Assembly (NCBI GenBank): GCA_964509615.1
Contig: CAZDXZ010000005.1
Coordinates: 1-44,399, forward strand
Reading direction: 5' to 3'
DNA: 44,399 nucleotides
Source of the DNA: an uncultured Dehalococcoidales bacterium
GTDB lineage: Bacteria > Chloroflexota > Dehalococcoidia > GIF9 > UBA5629
Made by a program: the position numbers and the translations under genes
Shown here: in pieces, positions 11,055 through 19,172 of the stretch
How positions within the stretch are numbered: position 1 is the stretch's first letter
Layout of the letters: each line of letters opens with the position of its first letter
The notes under the pieces: model-generated
The model's input: only the letters and a program-made list of their open reading frames with translations
What the model was told of the DNA's origin: nothing
The model's database searches: none

Positions 11055-12824
11055 TCAGACCTTTGTGTAGAAACCGTGGGGATCGAATAGTCTGACCATC
11101 ATCTTTTCCTCATACGATGGAAGTTCGATCTTCTCCAGACGCGGCGCCACCTCCAGCTCCCAGCCCACCATGCGTTTTATGCCCCTGATAGCCTCGTCCT
11201 CCCTGATGGCCGTCCCGTAGGGTATATAAGAGGTCAGCACCAGCGTATCCTTGCCTTCGGGCTTCTCGAAGATGCCCACATCCGTGACCAGCGTCCTGAC
11301 ATTTTTACCCGGATAGGTTATATATGAAACATCCTTGATCAGCCTCTCCCTGCCGGCGGGGGCAAATGCTATGGTTTCGCGGCAGGAGCTGACCACGTCG
11401 TTGGCGCCGCCCGACCCGACGATGTAATAAACGTGGGGTATCTTGGTGGAGTTGCCGTTGCCGTGCCGGTCGATCTGGGCCGCGCCGAGGACCCCCAGGC
11501 AGTTGTTGCCCGCGCCTCCGGCCAGGACGCCCAGGGCTGTCTCAATATTGGAGAGCATCTTACAGGAATACAGGTTGTGCATGCTGAAGCCCGTGGGGTC
11601 CGAGGGCACCGGCATATAGCCGTACATGCCATTCTCCGCCACCAGCTCTGCATCGTACTTCATGCCTTTCAGCCGGTAGACCGCCATCCAGGCGGCGAGC
11701 TGCGCAAGCCCCACTCCGGCCAGCAAGGTCCTGTAGCCCTTTGTCTGACAGAGTCTGGCTATATGCCTGCTGCCCGCTATGACCATCCTTTCAAGCTGGT
11801 TTGATTCCTTCTGGAACTCTATGCCGGGCACGGCCGCCAGGGTCTCCACGACCCACGAGTGAGGCTTGGCCTTGTCCTTGAGGTAACGCAGCCTATCTTT
11901 GCCGATCTTGTCAAGATATTGCTTGTGGTCCTTACAGTTGAGTATCCACTCCCGGATAAATCCCATGAAGCGCGTTTCATCCATGGAGGCATCCCGGATA
12001 ATGGTGGCGAATTCGTAGTCATCGAAATAGCCTTCGTATTGCGGTATACCGCAGTTGGGCAGGCCTCCGGGATGGGCCCCGTAAGGCACCTCGCAAACGG
12101 CTTTCACCATATAGGCCGGTATGCGGACGAGGTGAGCATGGCTGCGAATATAATCGGTAGGGACAATATGTTCCGCGCTGACGATCACAGCGTGCCTGGC
12201 TGCCCAGGCGCCGAAGGCGTCTATTCCCAGCGGGTAGGGCAATATGGTGTTCCCTGAGCGGTCCGCAGCCAGGCCGTGCACAAACGTGACATCCGGCCTC
12301 AGCGCCCTGAGCAGGCCGGTCTGGCCGCCGCCGAAGGGGGAATCGATGACGCTGAAATCGTTCTTGTTCTCCTCCGCCATGGTGCTGCCGATGAGGGAGC
12401 GTGTGGGTATAAATTCCCAGCCCATGGCGCCCGCCAGCAGGCGCTGCGTGATAGTCAGCATGGTCCAGTTCTCAAACTCCACCGCGCCCGATATGTAGGC
12501 TTTCTGAACCAGCGGATTGGGCCCGGGAGTGGGGTAGGTGTTCCCGGCAAAGCTGGTGACGGCCTTCTTCATCAGTCCCCCGCGGATAAGCGCCAGCAGC
12601 AGGGCTGATACGTAGGGGCTGATAATGGTGAAATCTCCCTTTTTGCCCCAGAACTCACGCACCAGCTGATAAAAAAGAGCACCGCTCCTGCCTGCGAAAT
12701 GTATGGACATGCCGGGACTGACATGATCTCTGACAGCCGCCTCCAGCGAGCAGGTCTTATCTTCCCCTTCGATGGGCGGCAGCTGAAATTTCGTATCGAT
12801 AAAGGCTTTTAATTCATCGTCCAT
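11055..12824 (-). CDS. Family I CoA-transferase, fused alpha+beta (glutaconate CoA-transferase-like)
   Basis: Alpha part: LAGAMG..F.PTRSLIGS, LRPDV, ADRSGN, GAHP. Beta part: AENG (catalytic Glu position), LGAAQIDRHGNGNS, GSGGAND, VTDVG. Confidence 0.82.
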   Translation of the reverse strand: MDDELKAFIDTKFQLPPIEGEDKTCSLEAAVRDHVSPGMSIHFAGRSGALFYQLVREFWGKKGDFTIISPYVSALLLALIRGGLMKKAVTSFAGNTYPTPGPNPLVQKAYISGAVEFENWTMLTITQRLLAGAMGWEFIPTRSLIGSTMAEENKNDFSVIDSPFGGGQTGLLRALRPDVTFVHGLAADRSGNTILPYPLGIDAFGAWAARHAVIVSAEHIVPTDYIRSHAHLVRIPAYMVKAVCEVPYGAHPGGLPNCGIPQYEGYFDDYEFATIIRDASMDETRFMGFIREWILNCKDHKQYLDKIGKDRLRYLKDKAKPHSWVVETLAAVPGIEFQKESNQLERMVIAGSRHIARLCQTKGYRTLLAGVGLAQLAAWMAVYRLKGMKYDAELVAENGMYGYMPVPSDPTGFSMHNLYSCKMLSNIETALGVLAGGAGNNCLGVLGAAQIDRHGNGNSTKIPHVYYIVGSGGANDVVSSCRETIAFAPAGRERLIKDVSYITYPGKNVRTLVTDVGIFEKPEGKDTLVLTSYIPYGTAIREDEAIRGIKRMVGWELEVAPRLEKIELPSYEEKMMVRLFDPHGFYTKV

Positions 12825-12842
12825 GCTTAATAACCGGTGAGC

Positions 12843-13256
12843 CTATACCCTGTAGCATATGTCGGGCAGCTTCACACCCGGGTTGGCTTCTCTGACATAG
12901 CGCAATAGCTGGTTGGCCAGGGATACAGTGATGGTGGCGAGCTCATCACCCCTGACCATCCTAATCTTATCACCGCTGTAAAGCGCTCTCAGCCTGGCGG
13001 GGAATTCGTCATCCGATCTGTTAAATACTAAATGAATTTTTACACCCGGGAATACCTCTTTGCACACCGCCCAATCCTCGCCAATACCGGGCTTCACAAC
13101 ATGCCCTCCCAGATAAGCTGCCAGCGCCTCAACGTCCTTGACGTATTCAAGGGGCGCAGCCCGCAGCTTCAGAGCTCCTTTCACCTGCAGCTGGTGGGGG
13201 CTGGTCTTGCCCTCAATGTCCGCCAGGCCGAGCAGCCGGCCGTTCTTATCTTCCAT
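12843..13256 (-). CDS. DUF3786-like protein
   Basis: FPGVKIHLVF..SDDEFPA resembles the FPxVP...DEEFPA pattern of DUF3786, a family often found near acetyl-CoA synthase/corrinoid genes. Confidence 0.6.
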   Translation of the reverse strand: MEDKNGRLLGLADIEGKTSPHQLQVKGALKLRAAPLEYVKDVEALAAYLGGHVVKPGIGEDWAVCKEVFPGVKIHLVFNRSDDEFPARLRALYSGDKIRMVRGDELATITVSLANQLLRYVREANPGVKLPDICYRV

Positions 13257-13333
13257 GCCCTTTATATGCTGTTTCAGATTTAATACAGTATCACAGAAGG
13301 ACGACTCATCTGCAATAAGCCTGATGCGAAGCT

Positions 13334-14095
13334 CTAACGAACCTTCAGCCGGAAGAGTATTTCCTGCACTGCCCGGCGAAAACCTGAATCCAGCGGCAGC
13401 GCCGTAAGCGGCTTGCCTTTCACATCCAGGTCGGAGATATTGGGGTCCTCCGGAATGGTGGCAAAGAGCATCAGCCCCGATTTGTCCACGGCCTGTTTGA
13501 ATTCCTCCGGCAGCCCGTTGCGCAGGCGGTTGACAACCAACAGGACGCCACCCTTGATATTGGTGCGTATCTCTTTGCTCAGCTCCTGCAGCCGTATGCA
13601 GGTGTTGAGTCCGCGCATGGTCGGATCGGTCACCGCCAGCAGAAAATCTATATCCTGGGTCGTCTGCCGGCTGATATGCTCGAGTCCCGCCTCGCAGTCC
13701 ATGACCACGTAGTCGTAACTTTTAGCCAGCTTGTCGATGGAGAAGCGTATCATGTGGTTGGCTGCGCAGTAGCAGCCCGGCCCCTCCGGGCGCCCCATGG
13801 CCAGCAGGTCGAACCGGTCCGTCTCAACCAGGGACTCGTGTATGCGGGCGTCCAGAATCTCCTGTTTAGATACGGCCATGGTCAGGCGGCCGGCCTTGAC
13901 CTCGTCGGTCATCTTCTCGCGCGTCCTGCCCACCGTCCCGCTCACATCCACGCCCAGGGCGTCGTTGAGGTTAGTGCTGGGATCAGCGTCAACCGCCAGC
14001 ACCGCACCCTTGCTGGAAAGGAAATCGACCAGTATGGCCGAGATGGCGGTCTTGCCCACGCCGCCCTTTCCGGCGACAGCGATCGTTACGGTCAT
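13334..14095 (-). CDS. cooC: CooC/AcsF nickel-insertion ATPase
   Basis: IAVAGKGGVGKT, VDADP, GPGCYC (Ni-binding CxC), DCEAGLEH. Confidence 0.92.
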   Translation of the reverse strand: MTVTIAVAGKGGVGKTAISAILVDFLSSKGAVLAVDADPSTNLNDALGVDVSGTVGRTREKMTDEVKAGRLTMAVSKQEILDARIHESLVETDRFDLLAMGRPEGPGCYCAANHMIRFSIDKLAKSYDYVVMDCEAGLEHISRQTTQDIDFLLAVTDPTMRGLNTCIRLQELSKEIRTNIKGGVLLVVNRLRNGLPEEFKQAVDKSGLMLFATIPEDPNISDLDVKGKPLTALPLDSGFRRAVQEILFRLKVR

Positions 14096-14098
14096 GCT

Positions 14099-16009
14099 TC
14101 AGATCTCCTTTGTATCCGGCCTGGTACGCCGGTCGGCAGGCACGAGGCTGATCGGCGAAAGCCTTATCACCGCATTATACTCCGCGGGACAGACCAGCTC
14201 ACAACTGCCGCACTTGGTGCACTTGAGCTGGTCAACGACTTTAAGGCCTTTCTCATCGCTGAAGACGGCCTCGGCCGGACAGGCCAGCACGCAGTGATCG
14301 CAGCCCCTGTAACACTTCTCGGGCAGGATGTAATAAGCCGTGAGCTCCTTGCAGACGCGGGCCGGGCAGCGCTTTTCAAGGACATGGGCCTCATATTCCG
14401 CCCGGAAGTACCGTATCGTGGTCAGCACGGGGTTGGGCGACATCCTGCCCAGCCCGCACAGTGCGCCTTCCTTCAGGTCTGCGGCCAGCTCGACCAGCGC
14501 CCCGATCGATTCAGCCGACCCCTTGCCCCGCGTGACATCTTCCAGCACCGAGTGCATATGATAAGTGCCGATGCGGCAGAACGTGCACTTCCCGCAGGAC
14601 TCCTGACGGCTGAAATCCACAAAATATTTAGCCGTATCCACCATGCAGTTGTCCTCATCCATGACGATCACTCCGCCCGAGCCCATGATAGCGCCGGCTT
14701 CCCTCAGGGAATCGAAATCTATCTGCGTGTCCAGCAGACTTTCCGGCAGGCAGCCCCCCGACGGTCCCCCGATCTGCACGGCCTTGAATTGCCTGCCGCG
14801 TTTAATGCCGCCTCCTATATCGTAAACCAGCGTGCGCAGCGAGGTCCCCATGGGCACCTCGGCCAGGCCCGTGTTCTCGAGTTTGCCGGCCAGCGCAAAG
14901 AGCGCCGTGCCGGGGCTGCCGGCCGTGCCCGTATCCCGGAACCGGCGCCATCCCTTTTGCAGAATGGCGGAAACATTGGCCAGTGTCTTAACATTGTTCA
15001 CCAGCGTCGGCCTGCCGTACAGTCCGGCCTGCGCCGGATAGGGTGGGCGGTGCTCGGGCCAGGAACGTCCTCCCTGCATGGCTGCTATCATAGCCGTCTC
15101 CTCCCCGGAGACAAACGCCCCCGCGCCCCTGACCATCTCGATCGTAAAGCTGAACTCCGAATCCAGTATGCGCCTGCCCAGCAGGCCTGCGGCCCGCGCC
15201 TGTTTGAGTGCGATCCTGATCCTCTCTATGGCCAGCGGATACTCCTCTCTGATATAGATATACCCTTTCTTTGCACCCACCGCGCGGCTGGCAATAATCA
15301 TCCCCTCCAGCACCGCGTGCGGATCGCTCTCCAGCAGGACACGGTCCATGAAGGCTCCGGGGTCGCCCTCGTCAGCGTTGCAGATCACGTATTTAGTGTT
15401 GCCCTCCGCCCGGGCGCAGGCTGACCACTTGGCCGCCGTGGGATAACCTGCCCCGCCCAGGCCGCGCAGCCCGGATTTCTCAATCTCCTTTATTACCTGC
15501 CCGGGCTGCATCTCCAGCGCATTGGCCAGGCCCCGGTACCCTCCCGACGCGAGATAGTGTTCAATCTCAAGAGGGGATATGTAGCCGCAGCTGCGCAGCA
15601 GCACACGCGACTGATATTTAAAAATGTCGAGCTCCGGTATGTAAACCGCTTCACCGTTGCCCCCGGCCACCGTCCCCAGCGCCAGTTCAAGGCAGGGGTC
15701 GTCGCCCCGGACGTATCCCTCGACAAGCCGGGGCACGATGGCGGGAGTGGCGTGATGATAGCAGACGGAGAAATCACCCGGTTTGATAATTACCACGAGT
15801 GGCTCCTGGGAACACAGCCCCATACAGCCGACTTCCCATAACCGCACCCTGTCACCCAACCCCTCTATTTCGCGCCGGATAGCCTCCAGGACGGCCATTG
15901 AGCCGGCGGCGCGGCCGCAGGTAGCCGTCCCCACCAGAATGTGCGTGATTTTATCTGAATACGGCGGACCTGTCTTATTTTGAGAGAGAGTGCGGATGCT
16001 GCGTTTCAT
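14099..16009 (-). CDS. NuoF/HydB-like NADH- and FMN-binding Fe-S subunit (bifurcating-type architecture)
   Basis: N-terminal thioredoxin-like Fe-S domain (GTATCG...GCMGLC), GLRGLGGAGYPT, CNADEGDPGAFMDR, GAGAFVSGEETA, SCGKCTFCRIG, LCGLG, H..KRCPARVC, C-terminal 2x[4Fe-4S] ferredoxin. Confidence 0.92.
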   Translation of the reverse strand: MKRSIRTLSQNKTGPPYSDKITHILVGTATCGRAAGSMAVLEAIRREIEGLGDRVRLWEVGCMGLCSQEPLVVIIKPGDFSVCYHHATPAIVPRLVEGYVRGDDPCLELALGTVAGGNGEAVYIPELDIFKYQSRVLLRSCGYISPLEIEHYLASGGYRGLANALEMQPGQVIKEIEKSGLRGLGGAGYPTAAKWSACARAEGNTKYVICNADEGDPGAFMDRVLLESDPHAVLEGMIIASRAVGAKKGYIYIREEYPLAIERIRIALKQARAAGLLGRRILDSEFSFTIEMVRGAGAFVSGEETAMIAAMQGGRSWPEHRPPYPAQAGLYGRPTLVNNVKTLANVSAILQKGWRRFRDTGTAGSPGTALFALAGKLENTGLAEVPMGTSLRTLVYDIGGGIKRGRQFKAVQIGGPSGGCLPESLLDTQIDFDSLREAGAIMGSGGVIVMDEDNCMVDTAKYFVDFSRQESCGKCTFCRIGTYHMHSVLEDVTRGKGSAESIGALVELAADLKEGALCGLGRMSPNPVLTTIRYFRAEYEAHVLEKRCPARVCKELTAYYILPEKCYRGCDHCVLACPAEAVFSDEKGLKVVDQLKCTKCGSCELVCPAEYNAVIRLSPISLVPADRRTRPDTKEI

Positions 16010-16021
16010 CGGTGATCCGTA

Positions 16022-16471
16022 TTACCCTTCCGCTTCCGGCTCCGCCTTGATCTCCACCAGGGCCTGCTCCACTCCGGGCGGTGTCATTCTCGGGTAAACC
16101 TTGTTCTCAATTGTCACGACCGGCGCCAGCGCGCAGCAGCCGATACAGGCAACCCTTTCCAGGCTGAATTCGCGGCCCTCGCTGGTTTCTCCCACTTCGA
16201 TCTTCAGCTCGCGCGCCATGGCCTCCAGCACGAGCTGTCCGCCCGCCAGGTGGCAGGCCGTTCCCATGCACACCCTGACCGGCTTCCTGGCCGGTGGTGT
16301 GAAGCGGAACTGGTTATAGAAGGTGGCCACCCCCCACACGGTAGCCGAAGATATATTGAGCGATTTCGCGGCCTCGAGCATGGCTTGACTGGAGAGATAC
16401 CCTTCCCTGGACTGTATCTGCTGGAGGATATCTATGAGGTGGCGCGGTTGGCGGCGCGAATGGTAACCCAT
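16022..16471 (-). CDS. NuoE/HydC-like [2Fe-2S] subunit
   Basis: VATFYNQF, VCMGTACHL, ACIGCCALAPV; ATG at 16471 overlaps the acsC stop (TGATG). Confidence 0.9.
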   Translation of the reverse strand: MGYHSRRQPRHLIDILQQIQSREGYLSSQAMLEAAKSLNISSATVWGVATFYNQFRFTPPARKPVRVCMGTACHLAGGQLVLEAMARELKIEVGETSEGREFSLERVACIGCCALAPVVTIENKVYPRMTPPGVEQALVEIKAEPEAEG

Positions 16472-17838
16472 CACCCTTTCCAGCTTTTGACCAGTCCGGG
16501 CAGATATGCGGGTATTTCATTGGCATCGCCCGGCCCTACGATTATCTCCCAGTCGGGCAGGGCCTCGGTGAGCTCGTTGCGGATGCGGGCCACTTTGCCG
16601 GGAATAACCAGGCGGCGGTGTTTGACCATCCCTTCCACGCCGCATTTCCTGATGAATGGGGCTATGCTGTCGCCGCCGAACTTGCCGGCAGCCCAGGCCG
16701 TGAGCACACCCAGCCCACCCGTCTCCTTGACGCACAGCCAGGAAGGCACCTTGCTGGCCTCGATCTCCGATGCCACTATGAAGTACGTCAGCGCCCAGTT
16801 GGTCGTTACCAACACGGGCGAGGCAGAGTCAGGATCGTTAATGGGATAAACTTTTTCCTCCATGGACATGGGCATGCGGGGATCGGTATATATGTTCAGC
16901 CTCTGCACCAGCAGGGGCAGCAGTGTATGCTCGTCGATATCCGAGAGAACGATGATTCCCGCGTACTTGGGTATGTACATGGCCGCCAGCATCATTTCAC
17001 GACTTTTATCCGCAGTCATGAAGCAGGGAAAGGCAACCGTTGGATATCCCAGCAGCCGGAAGCCCTGCTTGAGCGCCGCCCTGCGGATAAGAGTCTGATC
17101 TCGTAAGGCGGACTGCATGTCCTTCGAGCCGGGGTCCAGCACGACGTCCTCTATGCCTGCATCCCGCAGGCGCGTGGCGATCGGCACCAGCGATTCAACG
17201 CCGGCAGCCCTGACGGCTATGGGCGCGGGCCTTGCTTTAACTGCGTTGATTATTTTGTCCAGGTTGTGCACAGTAACCGGATAGAGCAGCGGCCGCCTGT
17301 CCGCACACATTTCATGCGCGGCCAGCAGGGCATCGCTGTCTTCGTTGATCAATATCAGCGGGCAGTCCACTGCGGAAAGAGCCTTCTTTACCAGGCCGGC
17401 GAACCTGTTGCGGTCGCCCGATTTGCACTGCAGCGCCAGCAGGTCCGCCCTGAGAGTTTTGCCCACCCAGCTGTACTGAAGGTCTTTCAGCTTTTTGATC
17501 TTCTCGTCAACAACTTTGTCGGGAAGGTCATCCGAGACCAGCACGGCGATGCCCGGCTGATGAACGAAGGTCTTCTCATGACGATAGAGGACGGTCTCAT
17601 CGCCGATTACCAGGGCGCCGGCTCCGGTGCCTATGGTAACCGGCCGGATGGGCGGCGCCAGCGCGTCCTCTAGCTCGCTCCTGACCTCCGCGGCAAGATA
17701 GGAGCACTTATCGATGGCAATGCCGCCGGAAGCCAGCTTCATGGCGAAAGCGAAGCATGTGGGCAGGCCGCATTCCTTGCAGTTCTTCTTGCCGCCCTCA
17801 GGCAGGCGCTTGACTATATCCGTACCTTTGATCGCCAA
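16471..17838 (-). CDS. acsC: Corrinoid iron-sulfur protein large subunit (AcsC/CdhE)
   Basis: NCKECGLPTCFAFA...KC [4Fe-4S] motif, RHEKTF, NIYTDP, VLVTTNWALTYF, VLTAWAAGKF; TTG start. Confidence 0.95.
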   Translation of the reverse strand: MAIKGTDIVKRLPEGGKKNCKECGLPTCFAFAMKLASGGIAIDKCSYLAAEVRSELEDALAPPIRPVTIGTGAGALVIGDETVLYRHEKTFVHQPGIAVLVSDDLPDKVVDEKIKKLKDLQYSWVGKTLRADLLALQCKSGDRNRFAGLVKKALSAVDCPLILINEDSDALLAAHEMCADRRPLLYPVTVHNLDKIINAVKARPAPIAVRAAGVESLVPIATRLRDAGIEDVVLDPGSKDMQSALRDQTLIRRAALKQGFRLLGYPTVAFPCFMTADKSREMMLAAMYIPKYAGIIVLSDIDEHTLLPLLVQRLNIYTDPRMPMSMEEKVYPINDPDSASPVLVTTNWALTYFIVASEIEASKVPSWLCVKETGGLGVLTAWAAGKFGGDSIAPFIRKCGVEGMVKHRRLVIPGKVARIRNELTEALPDWEIIVGPGDANEIPAYLPGLVKSWKG

Positions 17839-17849
17839 AGTATTCTCCT

Positions 17850-19079
17850 TTAATCAGGTAGTTTAACCTCGCCCCTGACCCAGGGATGCCCTGCGCGGTC
17901 GAGGAAGGCCGCCAGCTCTTCAACGCCGGCAACATCGTTCTCCGTAGCTATTTTGCCCTGAAGGTCCATGGGGCAGGCGTCCCGGTACATCTCCTGTATG
18001 ACGCGCGGCATCCAGACGATGCGGTACCATCCGCCATCAGCCTTGAGAAAGCTGGGGGAGCGCAGGTACTCCAGGGCAATGCCCAGAAAGCCCTCTACCT
18101 GCCTTCCTCCGCTGGTGTCTCCGGCCATGGTGGTGAATGATGCGCCCGACACGGTATCCCCCTCGAAATCGCGGTTAACGATACCGAAGGCATCAACCTC
18201 AGGTATGTAAAAGCAGATCGCCTGGAAACACCCGCATGAAGTATGCGGATAGCCGAAGGCGCTGTGTAAAAAGACCCTGTCGTAGGCGCCCATGGACTTC
18301 TCCAGCGCCAGCTTATCGGCGCCGCTGTATTCGCCCCGCACCGCATCGATGATGTCACCCTTGACCACGGCCTGTATCGGCCCCTCCGGGTCCATCTGGT
18401 AGGCTGCCTTGCCGTCGAACCAGTTGATGGCGCCGCAGTTGGCGATGCGCTCCGGCGTTATGCAGCAGATATGGGTGGGGGCGAAGCTCTGGCAGAGGGC
18501 GCAGCTGTAGAATTCCTGCACATCGGCCTCGCGCAGGCCCCTGATTTTCTCATCGCGCGCACGGTAAACGCTTACGGCCCCGGGTAGAAGCGCCTCAACC
18601 TTCTTGGGATCGGTGACAAAGGTGACCTGTATCTTCTCGATGATCTCTATCTCCGATGTATAAAGGAATATCAGTATCTCTCCCAGTATCCTGAGCGACT
18701 TCAGCCCTTTGTTATAGGAGGCCTTATTGAGCCGCATCCAGACGTCCTGGCGCTGGTTCATATGATAAAAGCCTTCGATGTAGTTCAGGTAAAGGTGCAG
18801 CCGCCGTTCCAGGACAGCCTCTATGTCCTTTTCCAGGCGGGCGCCGGCGACGTCCACCAGCACGGCCACCGGCTGGCTGCTGCCCTCTTCCATATCGGGG
18901 AGGTCCGGGCCGATTACCTCCACCTTCTCATGTGTTATCTCTTCGGGTTTCCTGATGGAGACCAGCTCGAACTTGTTTTTTACATTGGGCCCACCCAGCT
19001 CCACGCGTATATCCGCCTTGCGGATAACCTCTCCCTCATACTGGGGACCGATATCGACCGGGAATGTTCCGTCAGCCAT
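17850..19079 (-). CDS. cdhC: Acetyl-CoA synthase, archaeal-type short beta subunit (CdhC/AcsB)
   Basis: FPVDIGPQYEGEVIRK N-terminus; A-cluster ligands SCALCQSFAPTHIC...NCG and PHTSCGCF intact; 409 aa with no bacterial N-terminal domain. Confidence 0.93.
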   Translation of the reverse strand: MADGTFPVDIGPQYEGEVIRKADIRVELGGPNVKNKFELVSIRKPEEITHEKVEVIGPDLPDMEEGSSQPVAVLVDVAGARLEKDIEAVLERRLHLYLNYIEGFYHMNQRQDVWMRLNKASYNKGLKSLRILGEILIFLYTSEIEIIEKIQVTFVTDPKKVEALLPGAVSVYRARDEKIRGLREADVQEFYSCALCQSFAPTHICCITPERIANCGAINWFDGKAAYQMDPEGPIQAVVKGDIIDAVRGEYSGADKLALEKSMGAYDRVFLHSAFGYPHTSCGCFQAICFYIPEVDAFGIVNRDFEGDTVSGASFTTMAGDTSGGRQVEGFLGIALEYLRSPSFLKADGGWYRIVWMPRVIQEMYRDACPMDLQGKIATENDVAGVEELAAFLDRAGHPWVRGEVKLPD

Positions 19080-19172
19080 AGAATCTCCGCCTTCGCTTAT
19101 TAATCATCGCCGCCGTTTGGTTTAATATTATAGCCGCACACACCCGGCTTATCCTAATATACCCGGCCGGTG

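Noticed and set aside
13676-15424. 582-aa plus-strand ORF
   Set aside because: Antisense to the nuoF-like and cooC genes. Long shadow ORFs are expected in GC-rich coding DNA; no RBS or family motif.
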